This document shows positions 20,755 through 30,137 of a stretch of 64,000 nucleotides of DNA, piece after piece. Where the stretch lies: positions 4,427-68,426 of the forward strand of contig PNLU01000003.1 of assembly GCA_013823245.1 (NCBI GenBank), given 5' to 3'. Under the pieces are notes generated by a model. It was not told the DNA's origin and searched no databases. It was given only the letters and a program-made list of their open reading frames with translations. Position 1 is the first letter of the stretch, and every line of letters begins with the position of its first letter. Position numbers and translations under genes: made by a program. The DNA comes from Alcanivorax sp. (GTDB lineage: Bacteria > Pseudomonadota > Gammaproteobacteria > Pseudomonadales > Alcanivoracaceae).

Positions 20755-21360
20755 TCAGTCGGCCTTGGCCACCACCACCCGGGCCGGACGCAGCAGGCGG
20801 CCGTTCAGGGTGTAGCCCTTTTCCAGCACGTCGATCACGCTGTTCGGCGCGGCCTCCGGGTGCGGCACCATGGCCATGGCCTCGTGCTGCTCCGGGTTGA
20901 AGGTCTCGCCCTTCGGGTCGAGCTGGGCAATGTTGAAGCGCCCGAACACATCCAGCAGCACCTTCAGGGTCAACTGGGTGCCCTCGCGGGCCGGGGCCAG
21001 TGCCTCGTTGTCGGCATCCAGACTGGTCAGGGCACGCTCCAGGGAATCCGCCACAGTGATGACTTCACCGGCGAATTTCTCCAGCGCGTACTTGTGCGCG
21101 GCTTCCACATCACGCTCGGCCCGACGGCGCATGTTCTGGATTTCTGCCTGGGCACGCAGGTCGGCCTCGCCCAGGGCCTTGCGGGCCTGCGCCAGTTCGT
21201 CGCGCAGGGCGGCCAGCTCGGCCTCCGGATCAGCCTCGGTGGCCTGCTCCTGACCTTCGTCGGCGCGGGCCTGCTCTACCGCCTCGCGGGCGACCTCTTC
21301 CGCCTGCTTGTGCGCGGCGTCCTGCTCAGGATTCGGGGATCTGTCCTGCTCACTCATCAC
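20755..21360 (-). CDS. grpE: Nucleotide exchange factor GrpE
   Basis: AEIQNMRRR, FNPEQHEAM and KGYTLNGRLLRPARVVV motifs. Confidence 0.97.
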   Translation of the reverse strand: MMSEQDRSPNPEQDAAHKQAEEVAREAVEQARADEGQEQATEADPEAELAALRDELAQARKALGEADLRAQAEIQNMRRRAERDVEAAHKYALEKFAGEVITVADSLERALTSLDADNEALAPAREGTQLTLKVLLDVFGRFNIAQLDPKGETFNPEQHEAMAMVPHPEAAPNSVIDVLEKGYTLNGRLLRPARVVVAKAD

Positions 21361-21404
21361 ATGCTCCGATTACTTGACGGGCTACTTCAGAAAGGCTGGC
21401 AACG

Positions 21405-21432
21405 ATATGGGAACTCAGACGCGGGATTCAAG
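21405..21432 (-). promoter_or_regulatory. Sigma32 promoter upstream of grpE
   Basis: Minus strand CTTGAA-TCCCGCGTCTGAGTT-CCCATAT. Confidence 0.75.
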
Positions 21433-21462
21433 GCCGCCGGGCCCATGGGCGCCGATGACAGG

Positions 21463-22515
21463 TCAGAACTTGCCCAGAGTGGCTGACAGGATACGGGCCG
21501 TGATGTCCACGGTGGGGATGACTTTCTCGTAATCCATGCGCGTGGGGCCGACCACCGCCAGCACCCCCACGGTGCCGGTGTCCGCCTGGTACGGGGCCGA
21601 CACCAGCGACACCTCATCGAACACCTGGAAGCCCGCCTCGCGGCCAATGAAGATCTGCACGCCATCGGCGCGCATGCTGCGCTCCAGCAGGTGCAGGATG
21701 TCGCGCTTGCGATTGAAGGCATCGAACAGGTCGCGCATCTTGTCCAGGTTGTCGGCCTGCGCCATGCCGAGCAGATTGGCTTCGCCGGACACCACATAGT
21801 CGCCGTCTGCGGGCTGCTCCGGCTTGAGCGCCTTGGCCGCCACCTCCACGGTGGTCTGCATCATGGCGTCCATCTGGTCCTTGTCGCTGCGCATGGTCGA
21901 CAGCAGGCCGTCGCAGATCTGATCGAGATTGCAACCGGCATAGGTGCGGTTGATGTAGTTGGCCGCCTGGCGCAGCTCTTCCTGGGTGTAGGCGCGATCG
22001 GTATGAATGACGCGGTTCTGTACTTCTGCGCGATTGACCACCAGCACCACCAGCACACGCTCGCCGGACAGCGGCAGGAACTCCACCTGGCGCAGGGTGC
22101 TGACTTCGCGGCGCGGCACCACCACCACCCCGGCCATGCGAGTCAGTTCCGCCAGCGCGCGCGAGGCGCGGTGCACCAGCTCCTGGGGCGACTGATCCGG
22201 GCGGATCATCTGCTCCAGTTCCTGCTTCAGGGTGCTGTTCTGGGGCTGGTTCATGGGCGCGGAGCGCAGCAGCGCATCAACATAAAGCCGGTAGCCCAGC
22301 TCCGTCGGCACACGCCCGGCCGAGGTATGCGGGCTGTAGAGCACGCCCAGATCCTCCAGCTCCGCCATGATATTGCGGATGGTCGCCGGGCTGACCGGCA
22401 GCGAGCCGCTGGTGGCCAGCGTTTTCGAGCCCACGGGCTGGCCCTCGCGGATGTGCCGCTCCACCAGGGCCATCAGCAGGCGTTGCTTGCGCTCGTTCAG
22501 TTCGAATTCAGGCAT
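21463..22515 (-). CDS. hrcA: Heat-inducible transcriptional repressor HrcA
   Basis: SPATIRNIMAELEDLG, PHTSAGRVPT.LGYR.YVD and VGPTRMDY motifs; start at ATG 22515. Confidence 0.95.
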   Translation of the reverse strand: MPEFELNERKQRLLMALVERHIREGQPVGSKTLATSGSLPVSPATIRNIMAELEDLGVLYSPHTSAGRVPTELGYRLYVDALLRSAPMNQPQNSTLKQELEQMIRPDQSPQELVHRASRALAELTRMAGVVVVPRREVSTLRQVEFLPLSGERVLVVLVVNRAEVQNRVIHTDRAYTQEELRQAANYINRTYAGCNLDQICDGLLSTMRSDKDQMDAMMQTTVEVAAKALKPEQPADGDYVVSGEANLLGMAQADNLDKMRDLFDAFNRKRDILHLLERSMRADGVQIFIGREAGFQVFDEVSLVSAPYQADTGTVGVLAVVGPTRMDYEKVIPTVDITARILSATLGKF

Positions 22516-22569
22516 GGCACCTATCATAGGGGCTTATCAAGCGCCCCGGAATTGCCTATTATCAACACC

Positions 22570-22587
22570 ACTGTCCTTGCGAACAGT
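22570..22587. promoter_or_regulatory. LexA (SOS) box upstream of recN
   Basis: aCTGT-CCTTGCGA-ACAGt matches CTGT-N8-ACAG, ~45 bp before the recN ATG. Confidence 0.8.
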
Positions 22588-22631
22588 AGTGCATCCTGCA
22601 CAGGTCAACATCTTATCTCAGGGGGCCGCCC

Positions 22632-24311
22632 ATGCTCACGCACCTCAATGTCGTCAATTTTGCCACAGTGGACAGCCTGGAGCTGGAGCCGGGCAAGGGC
22701 CTGACCGTGATCACCGGCGAAACCGGCGCGGGCAAGTCGGTGATTATCGATGCCTTGGGGCTGGCGCTGGGTGAACGCGCCGACAGCGCCGTGGTGCGCC
22801 CGGACGCAGAACGCGCCGAGGTGCAGGCCACTTTCGACCTGCGCGACAATCCGGCGGCACGGGCCTGGCTGGCCGAACGCGAACTGGACGACGGCGATGA
22901 CTGCCTGCTGCGCCGCACCGTGCGCCCGGACGGCCGCTCGCGCGCCTTTATCAATGGCAGCGCCATGCCGTTGCAGGAAGTGCGCGCCCTGGGCGATCTG
23001 CTGATCAGCATTCACAGCCAGCACGAGCATCAGGCCCTGCTGCGCCGCGAGGCCCAGCGCGATCTGCTGGACAGTTATGCCGGTGCCGGCGACGCCGCCG
23101 CCGAGGTGCGCAGCCAGTGGCGCGGCTGGCACAAGGCGCGGCGCGCCCACGAGGAGGCCCTGAGCCAGTCCCGCGAGCAGCACGAACGCGAGGAGCTGCT
23201 GCGCTTCCAGCTGGAAGAACTGGATGCCCTGGCGCTGGGGGAACAGGAACTGGCCGAACTGGAAACCGAACAGAAACGCCTGGGCAGCGCCGACGAACTG
23301 ATCCGCCTGTGCCAGCAGAGCCTGGCGCTGCTGTACGAACATGACGAAGGCACGGTCAACGATCAACTGGGGCAGGCGCTGGGCTGGCTGGGCGATGCCA
23401 GCCACGAGGACAACAGCCTGGCGACGGTGCTGAGCACGGTGGAATCCGCCCGCTTGCAGGTGGAAGCGGCAGCCGACGACCTGCGTCATTACCTGGACCG
23501 GCTGGACGTGGACCCGGAGCGACTGGCCCAGGTGGAGGAACGGTTGAGCCAGGTGTACACCCTGGCCCGCAAGCACCGGGTGCGCCCGGAAGAACTCTGG
23601 CAACGCCACCAGCAACTGCGCGAAGAAGCCCACACACTGGCCCATTACGACGACCATCTGGCCGGGCTGGAACAGGCTGAACAGCAGGCCCGCGAAGCCT
23701 ACGAACGGGCCGCGCGCCAACTTAGCGACCAGCGCCGCAGCAAGGGCCCGGAACTGGCGGCGGGCGTCATCACCCATCTGAAAGCGCTGGGCATGCGCGG
23801 CGCACGGCTGGAAATCCAGCTGACCCCGGGCGAGCCCGGCCCGGATGGCAACGAAACCGTGGAATTCCTGTTTACGGCCAATACCGGTCAGCCGCTGCGC
23901 CCGCTGGCCAAGGTCGCCTCCGGTGGCGAACTGTCGCGGATCAGCCTGGCGATTCAGGTGATCTGCGCCCGGGCGCTGACCGTGCCGAGCATGGTGTTTG
24001 ACGAAGTGGATGTGGGCGTGGGCGGCGGCGTGGCGGAAATCGTCGGCCGCCTGCTGCGCGAACTGGGCAGCCATGCCCAGGTGCTGTGCATCACTCATCA
24101 GCCGCAGGTGGCGGCCCTGGGGCACCAGCACTGGCATGTGCACAAGCAGCAGACCCGCAAGGACACACGCACGCGCATCCAGTCGCTGGCCCACGACGAC
24201 CGCACCAGCGAACTGGCACGGATGCTGGGCGGTGTGGAGATCACGGATTCAACGCTGGCACATGCCCGCGAGATGCTGGAGAACGGTCAGCGCGCCCGCC
24301 AGGACGCCTGA
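22632..24311 (+). CDS. recN: DNA repair protein RecN
   Basis: TGETGAGKS Walker A, coiled coil, ASGGELSR, FDEVD and ITHQPQVAA. Confidence 0.97.
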   Translation: MLTHLNVVNFATVDSLELEPGKGLTVITGETGAGKSVIIDALGLALGERADSAVVRPDAERAEVQATFDLRDNPAARAWLAERELDDGDDCLLRRTVRPDGRSRAFINGSAMPLQEVRALGDLLISIHSQHEHQALLRREAQRDLLDSYAGAGDAAAEVRSQWRGWHKARRAHEEALSQSREQHEREELLRFQLEELDALALGEQELAELETEQKRLGSADELIRLCQQSLALLYEHDEGTVNDQLGQALGWLGDASHEDNSLATVLSTVESARLQVEAAADDLRHYLDRLDVDPERLAQVEERLSQVYTLARKHRVRPEELWQRHQQLREEAHTLAHYDDHLAGLEQAEQQAREAYERAARQLSDQRRSKGPELAAGVITHLKALGMRGARLEIQLTPGEPGPDGNETVEFLFTANTGQPLRPLAKVASGGELSRISLAIQVICARALTVPSMVFDEVDVGVGGGVAEIVGRLLRELGSHAQVLCITHQPQVAALGHQHWHVHKQQTRKDTRTRIQSLAHDDRTSELARMLGGVEITDSTLAHAREMLENGQRARQDA

Positions 24312-24323
24312 CCGGAGGCAGGA

Positions 24324-24731
24324 TTACTTCTTCTTTTTCGGGCGCACGTAGAGCACCAGGGAGTGATCGACCAGATCGTAGCCGTGCTCTTCGGCGATGA
24401 TCTTCTGGCGTTTCTCGATCTCCGGATCGAGAAACTCGACCACCGTGCCGGTGTCCAGGCAGACCATGTGGTCGTGATGACCTTCGTCCGCCAGCTCGAA
24501 CACCGCCGAGCCGCCCTCGAAGTTGTGGCGCATGACGATACCGGCCTGCTCGAACTGGGTCAGCACCCGGTAGACCGTTGCCAGGCCCACGTCTTCACCT
24601 GCTTCCATCAGTGCCTTGTAGATGTCTTCAGCGCTCATGTGGCGCTCATCGGAACCTTCAAGCTGCTGCAGGATCTTGACCCGGGGCAGGGTGACCTTGA
24701 GGCCGGCCTTTCGCAAATCATGATTGTCCAA
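24324..24731 (-). CDS. fur: Ferric uptake regulator (TTG start)
   Basis: LRKAGLKVTLPRVKIL, GLATVYRVLTQFE and HHDHMVC motifs. Confidence 0.97.
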   Translation of the reverse strand: MDNHDLRKAGLKVTLPRVKILQQLEGSDERHMSAEDIYKALMEAGEDVGLATVYRVLTQFEQAGIVMRHNFEGGSAVFELADEGHHDHMVCLDTGTVVEFLDPEIEKRQKIIAEEHGYDLVDHSLVLYVRPKKKK

Positions 24732-24835
24732 CGTCTTTCTCCTTGGGGGTGCGAAGCGCCGGGGCGCGGGCAGGAACCTTGTGTCCCCGAAACAAGTCTG
24801 TATTATCGCCCGAACTTATGGGAATTCCAAAAAGC

Positions 24836-25339
24836 ATGCGACATATAACCGTTTTCACTCTGCTGCTCGCGGGCACCCTGCTGCTCAGCGCCTGCGAAAC
24901 CCTGCGCTTTCCAGGGGTTTACCGCATTGATATTCCGCAGGGCAATTTCGTGACCGAAGACATGCTGGCCCAGCTGGAGCCGGGCATGACACCGGATCAG
25001 GTGCGCTACGTACTCGGCCAACCGACCCTGCGTGATCCTTTCACGCCGGATACCTGGTTCTACCCCATGGTATACCAGCCCGGTCGTGGCGACACGGTGC
25101 GTCAGCGCATCGTGGTGCATTTTGAAAATGAGCAGTATGTTCGCCACGAAGGCGCCGTGATCGAAGATTTTCGCAGCAAGGTGACCGGCCAGCAGGACCG
25201 CGACCTGGAGCAGCAGCTGCGCGAGCAGGAACGGGAAGCCCGGGATGGTGAGCAGACCATTCCCGGCCAGCCGACCGAACCCGGCCCGGGCACCGGACCT
25301 GGAACAGTACCCACTGATCCAGGCGTGCCGCCAATCTGA
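24836..25339 (+). CDS. bamE: Outer membrane protein assembly factor BamE (OmlA)
   Basis: Lipobox LSAC, YRIDIPQGN, GMTPDQVRYVLG; divergent from fur. Confidence 0.93.
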   Translation: MRHITVFTLLLAGTLLLSACETLRFPGVYRIDIPQGNFVTEDMLAQLEPGMTPDQVRYVLGQPTLRDPFTPDTWFYPMVYQPGRGDTVRQRIVVHFENEQYVRHEGAVIEDFRSKVTGQQDRDLEQQLREQEREARDGEQTIPGQPTEPGPGTGPGTVPTDPGVPPI

Positions 25340-25351
25340 CGCTTCTTTTAG

Positions 25352-25648
25352 CTAGCGGGCCGTCTTTTTGGCCCGCGCCTTGCGGGTTTCCTTCGGATCA
25401 GCGGTCAACGGACGGTAGATCTCCACCCGCTCACCCTCTTGCAGCACCCGCTTGCGCGGATTCGGCTCGACCTTGCCGAACACACCCATCTGCGCCCGCT
25501 CCAGATCCAGCGCCTCGAAATCCTCTGCAATGCCTGACTGCCGCGCCGCGTCGTAAACGGTAGTCCCTTCGGGCACGCGCAAGCTGATCAATCGCTGCTT
25601 GTGCGGCAGGGCGTAGGCGACCTCCACCTGAATCAGCGCCTCACTCAT
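25352..25648 (-). CDS. rnfH: RnfH/RatB family ubiquitin-like protein
   Basis: VEVAYA..., GVFGK and RVEIYRPL.ADPKE.R motifs. Confidence 0.9.
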   Translation of the reverse strand: MSEALIQVEVAYALPHKQRLISLRVPEGTTVYDAARQSGIAEDFEALDLERAQMGVFGKVEPNPRKRVLQEGERVEIYRPLTADPKETRKARAKKTAR

Positions 25649-27107
25649 CGACGATCACCTCCATATGCCGGGTCGCCTCGACCTGCGGCTCGACAGCCTC
25701 TTCCTCATCGTCGTCGCTCTGCACCAGGGCCACGAAGATGAAGATCACGATCACCGCCAGCGGCGCAAAGATACGGATCATGGCGCGCCAGACCATATAG
25801 AGGCCGAAGCTCTTCATGGCCAGTTCCTTGCGGGCGTGGGTCTCTTTCATGATCCAGCCGGCGAAGATGGCAATCAGCAGGCCGCCCAGGGGCAGCATGA
25901 TATTGATGGTGAGGAATTCCAGATTGCCGAAGAAGGTGCGCCCGAACAGGGTGACCTCCTGCCAGTGATTGAATGACAACACCGTGCCCAGCCCCAGGAA
26001 CCAGGCGGAGGCACCGATGGTGAGGCTGGCGGTCCAGCGCTTCCAGCCGTTCTCGACCATCCACGCCACCAGCGGCTCGCCCAGTGAGATCGACGAGGTC
26101 CAGGCGGCGCACACCAGCAGCACAAAGAACACCGTGCCCAGCAACATGCCGAACGGGATATTGGCGAACGCCAGCGGCAGGGTCACGAACATCAGCCCCG
26201 GCCCTTCATCCGGCGCCAGGCCGTTGGCAAACACAATGGGGAAGATCACCAGACCGGCGACCAGCGCGATCAGCGTATCCAGCCCGGCGATGGTAAATAC
26301 GGTGGAGCCAATGGACACCGACTTGCGCTTGCCGGTGCGCTTGTCAGTGACCTCGCGCGGCATATAGGCCCCGTAGGCCATGATGGCGCCCAGCCCCAGG
26401 CTGAGCGTGAAAAACGCATGACCCAGGGCCAGCAGCACCGCGTTAACCGAGAAGGCCGAGGCATCGAACCGGAACAGGAAGTTCACCGCCGGCATGAAGC
26501 CATCGGTGGTCGCCGAGTAGACCAGCAACACCAGCAGCAGCACAAACAGCAGCGGCATCAGGATACGCACCGCCGCCTCCAGGCCCTTGTTCACGCCGCG
26601 CGCCACCACCAGCATGGTCATGGCCATGAAGGCCGTGTGGCAGCCCAGCATCAACCAGAAGTTACCGCGCAGACCGCTGTAGGTATCCGCCACGGCCTTG
26701 GCGTCGGCACCCTGCAGGGCACCGCTGGCCATTTCCCAGATGTAATACAGCGCCCAGCCCGCAATCACGGTGTACAGCGACAGCAGGAAGAAACCCGCCA
26801 GGGCACCCAGCCCGCCCACCGCACTCCAGCGCTGGCTGACCCCGGCATCGCGGGCCAGCTTGCCCATGGTATGAATCGGACTCAGGCCGCCACGGCGCCC
26901 CAGCATGACCTCGGCAATCATGATCGGCACCCCGACCAGCGCGATACAGACCAGGTAGATCAGCACGAAGGCGCCGCCGCCGTTGTCCCCGGCCATATAG
27001 GGGAATTTCCACAGGTTGCCCAGCCCGACGGCTGACCCGGTGGCGGCCAGGATAAACACCCAGCGGCTGGCCCAGATGCCGTGCACCGGCTTGTAGTCCT
27101 TCGTCAT
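25641..27107 (-). CDS. Sodium-dependent transporter, NSS/SNF (LeuT-like) family
   Basis: [19 protein letters not shown] and FFTLSLG motifs; about 12 TM helices. Confidence 0.93.
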   Translation of the reverse strand: MTKDYKPVHGIWASRWVFILAATGSAVGLGNLWKFPYMAGDNGGGAFVLIYLVCIALVGVPIMIAEVMLGRRGGLSPIHTMGKLARDAGVSQRWSAVGGLGALAGFFLLSLYTVIAGWALYYIWEMASGALQGADAKAVADTYSGLRGNFWLMLGCHTAFMAMTMLVVARGVNKGLEAAVRILMPLLFVLLLVLLVYSATTDGFMPAVNFLFRFDASAFSVNAVLLALGHAFFTLSLGLGAIMAYGAYMPREVTDKRTGKRKSVSIGSTVFTIAGLDTLIALVAGLVIFPIVFANGLAPDEGPGLMFVTLPLAFANIPFGMLLGTVFFVLLVCAAWTSSISLGEPLVAWMVENGWKRWTASLTIGASAWFLGLGTVLSFNHWQEVTLFGRTFFGNLEFLTINIMLPLGGLLIAIFAGWIMKETHARKELAMKSFGLYMVWRAMIRIFAPLAVIVIFIFVALVQSDDDEEEAVEPQVEATRHMEVIVDE

Positions 27108-27296
27108 GCGCTGTTCCTGCTGTCTGTGTCTGCGACGCCATGTCCGGCGAAAGCGGCCATTTTCCCGACTTTACCCGAACGGCTCAAGCAAACCCCGTGC
27201 CCACCAGACGGCCAGGCGGGTCAATGCCCGCCTTTTGCGGACTTGCAGTGTGCAGAACGCAGCATTTCTGCGGCAATCAGGTATACTGCCGCCCCC

Positions 27297-27773
27297 ATGA
27301 CGACACAGAAAAAAGCCAAGTCGGGCATTGCCAACATTGCGGTCAACCGCAAGGCACGGCACGACTATCATCTTGATGACCGCTTCGAGGCAGGACTGGT
27401 GCTGGAAGGCTGGGAGGTAAAATCCCTGCGTGACGGCCGCTGTAACCTGTCAGAGGCCTATATCACCCTGAAAGACGGGGAAGCCTGGCTGTTCGGCTGC
27501 CGGATAGAGCCGCTGGGCACGGCCAGCACGCACATCAACCCCGACCCCCTGCGCCTGCGCAAGCTGCTGCTGCACCGGCGTGAGCTGGGTCGTGTCTTCA
27601 GCGGCGTACAAAAGGAAGGCTATACCTGCGTGCCGCTCAGCCTGTACTGGAGCAAGGGGCGCGCCAAGCTCGAAATCGCGCTGGCCAAAGGCAAGCAGAA
27701 GTTCGACAAGCGCGCCACCGAGAAGGAGCGCGACTGGAACCGCCAGAAGCAGCGGATCATGCGGCAGCGCTAG
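27297..27773 (+). CDS. smpB: SsrA-binding protein SmpB
   Basis: [32 protein letters not shown] and KGKQKFDKR motifs. Confidence 0.98.
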   Translation: MTTQKKAKSGIANIAVNRKARHDYHLDDRFEAGLVLEGWEVKSLRDGRCNLSEAYITLKDGEAWLFGCRIEPLGTASTHINPDPLRLRKLLLHRRELGRVFSGVQKEGYTCVPLSLYWSKGRAKLEIALAKGKQKFDKRATEKERDWNRQKQRIMRQR

Positions 27774-28030
27774 GCGCTGCCGCGATCCAGGCGCTCAAAG
27801 CGACCGCGCAGGTCGTCACGCACTTGCCAGTACACCAGCAACCATGCCCGCAGCACGGCCGGCAGGAAGAAGACCGCAAACAGTACGATCGGCATGCGCG
27901 CGTCGCCCGTTGCAGCGTCCACAGCCAGCAGACCTGCCGCGTAGGCCACCAGTGCCACCATCAGCATCAGGGTGCGCCCCAGCAGCGGCCAGCGGTTCAT
28001 CATGCGTTCTACAGTGTCAAAGGCGTTCAT
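27770..28030 (-). CDS. Small hypothetical membrane protein (86 aa, two TM helices)
   Basis: GGAGG RBS ~7 nt before the ATG, two hydrophobic segments, 4-nt convergent overlap with smpB. Confidence 0.6.
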   Translation of the reverse strand: MNAFDTVERMMNRWPLLGRTLMLMVALVAYAAGLLAVDAATGDARMPIVLFAVFFLPAVLRAWLLVYWQVRDDLRGRFERLDRGSA

Positions 28031-28061
28031 CGTTCAGTCCTCCGTTGAGGATGGGTCCAGC

Positions 28062-28106
28062 TGTTACGTCGGGTACTGTTACGTCTCGTGTTACCCGTCG
28101 TGTTAC
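28062..28106. repeat. Four TGTTAC direct repeats
   Basis: TGTTAC at 28062, 28077, 28089 and 28101; the first two extend to CTGTTACGTC, the last two to TCGTGTTAC. Confidence 0.75.
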
Positions 28107-28284
28107 GAAAGGTATCATCCGACAGTTTTCCGGTTTGTCACCCTTTTTGGGTCGGATTGTCCTACAGCATATCGGGCCAAATTTACATTCGTTGATGGCA
28201 AGGTGACCCAGGTCAAAAAATCCCGCGGCCCGGCACTGGAAATCCCGCGCCATGCCCCCACATTCCTGTACAATGACGCTTACA

Positions 28285-28641
28285 GGGGCCGACAAGGTTT
28301 CGACGCCGGTTATGAATCCTGTGGTGCATGCCGAGAAGGTCACGATTCTCGTAAATCCTTTGTGACAACTTAAAGTAATCGCAAACGACGATACTTACGC
28401 ACTGGCGGCCTAAGGCCTGCCAACGGTCAAGCGACCCAGCCCGTGGGGAAGCGCGACCGGCATAGCTACACGGGATCGCAGCAACGTCCGCCCCGGATTG
28501 CGCTGTTAAAACCTTTAGGGGCTCGGTGGCTGCGTCCTGCCCGTTGGGTTGCAGTCACTCAAATCAGTAAACAGGGCTAAGCATGTAGATCTGCAGGTGG
28601 ATTGCTGACGGACGCGGGTTCGATTCCCGCCGGCTCCACCA
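28285..28641 (+). ncRNA. ssrA: tmRNA
   Basis: 5' GGGGCCGACAAGGTTTCGAC, tag reading frame 28381-28413 (GCA AAC GAC GAT ACT TAC GCA CTG GCG GCC TAA = ANDDTYALAA*), 3' GGTTCGATTCCCGCCGGCTCCACCA; next to smpB. Confidence 0.97.
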
Positions 28642-28647
28642 ATAATG

Positions 28648-28678
28648 AAACCCCAACCGTTCTCGGTTGGGGTTTTTT
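28648..28678 (+). terminator. ssrA intrinsic terminator (probably bidirectional)
   Basis: AAACCCCAACCG-TTCT-CGGTTGGGGTTTTTT. Confidence 0.9.
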
Positions 28679-28814
28679 CTTGCCTGATCGCGCCGGTTCC
28701 CACGTATTCTTGGGGGTTCCTGCGGAAGCGCGCGGACTTCGCCGGTCAGCCTGTTCCTGATGCTCAAGGATCTCAAGGGCAGCGTTGCGGCGAAAGCGTG
28801 GGGTGATTTGCCAT

Positions 28815-30137
28815 TTATGGGTTGTCATGGTGGATAAACATTGCCTGCAGTTGCGCGCAAGCCGGGAGCTTCAGACGACGCGCCTTAAGACAAAACGGCA
28901 GCACCCAAAGACGCAAGCCGCTGGTTTTTGGAAAATCAAACACTGGCAATGGGTTGGCGAAAGCATCGGTTCCGGGGTAAATCAGCACCACATCCCCGGC
29001 ACCGTCGAGATAACTCAATCCATAGGCTTGTAGCTGGTAAAAGTCGCTCTGGGACAAACCGTATTTGTCGGTTCCGTTCGCCTTCAGGCCATCAAGCAGC
29101 TTCCACTTGGTGTCGAGCACCAGTACATTCCGAACTGGATCCCGAATCAGAAAGTCCGGCTTCAAGCGAAACCAATTCTGTTCGCGGTGGCGAACCAGGT
29201 GCTGACTGCGTGCCTGGGTCTTCAGAATGCGGGGCGGAGCCAATTGTCGCGGAAGATGTTTTGCCACATAGGCTTCAAATACCGCCTCCATCGGAAACAG
29301 CAATGATGGGGCGCTGTGGTGACCCGATCCGGTCAGCGGCGATTCCTCATCCAGGATAAGGCGCGCCCATGCCAAGGCATCGGTGTAGTAGCCCATACCG
29401 CGATCCAGCCGCACCTGCTGGAAATCGATCCGCACCTGTGTGGACGTGGGAACATCCGCAAACACGAAACCCAGCTCCCGGGCCAGCTGCTGATTCGCCT
29501 GCGCCCCGGTCAGGAGCAACACGCGCCGTAACGCTGCGTGGAGCAGTCGGTTCTCCGGTCGATCAGTCGAAAACTCATCGTGCTCCGTAAAGAAGCGGTC
29601 GGCCCGGAAAAGGTTCTGCCGCAAGTGTGACGACATCAGCAGCTTGCCACGCAAGACCAATAAGTTGTCCTGCCGCTGGCGATAGTCACTCCGCAGCCCA
29701 CGCTTGACGATTTGCTCCACAGCGCGCAGAAACTCGCTGACGAAGATTTCCAGCAACGGCATCCTCGTTGCAGAAAGTTTAGCGCTGTCGGTCTGCACAT
29801 GCCGAAAGCCCTGCAGGCAGCACAACATGTCAATCAACAACTGACGCGCCTCGACCGCGCCGCCACCGATGGCCTTGCCGACCTTCGGCAGAACCTCTAT
29901 CTGGTATCCGTCCGGCGCACGAATGACGCCAACGAAGCTCGTCACCTGAATAACACGACGGCCACGGCGTTGGGTCCAGCGCAGCCAGGCGGCCTCCCCC
30001 GCGTCTGCAGCGCGCAGGCATTGCTCCTCAAGCCAGCCAAATACGCTGGCCGGAACCCGGTGGACGCCATCGATACCCGAAAAATCCGCCCCAACTGCTG
30101 CCAGGGCGTCAAACTCGTAAATCGTCAAACCATTCAT
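28815..30137 (-). CDS. mcrC: McrC-family PD-(D/E)XK nuclease subunit
   Basis: LFPMEAVFEAYV, LKPDFL, VLDTKWK and DFYQLQAY motifs; coupled to the McrB stop codon. Confidence 0.88.
   Translation of the reverse strand: MNGLTIYEFDALAAVGADFSGIDGVHRVPASVFGWLEEQCLRAADAGEAAWLRWTQRRGRRVIQVTSFVGVIRAPDGYQIEVLPKVGKAIGGGAVEARQLLIDMLCCLQGFRHVQTDSAKLSATRMPLLEIFVSEFLRAVEQIVKRGLRSDYRQRQDNLLVLRGKLLMSSHLRQNLFRADRFFTEHDEFSTDRPENRLLHAALRRVLLLTGAQANQQLARELGFVFADVPTSTQVRIDFQQVRLDRGMGYYTDALAWARLILDEESPLTGSGHHSAPSLLFPMEAVFEAYVAKHLPRQLAPPRILKTQARSQHLVRHREQNWFRLKPDFLIRDPVRNVLVLDTKWKLLDGLKANGTDKYGLSQSDFYQLQAYGLSYLDGAGDVVLIYPGTDAFANPLPVFDFPKTSGLRLWVLPFCLKARRLKLPACAQLQAMFIHHDNP

Noticed and set aside
22516-22631. CIRCE element upstream of hrcA
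   Set aside because: No TTAGCACTC-N9-GAGTGCTAA match found; only the LexA box is supported.
28062-28106. TGTTAC repeats and the 41512/41551 repeats as a mini-CRISPR
   Set aside because: Units are too short or too few, there are no unique 30-40 nt spacers in an array, and no cas genes.
28577-28828. Short ORFs next to ssrA as a possible integrase remnant
   Set aside because: No tyrosine-recombinase (R-H-R-Y) or serine-recombinase motifs; they overlap the tmRNA and its terminator.
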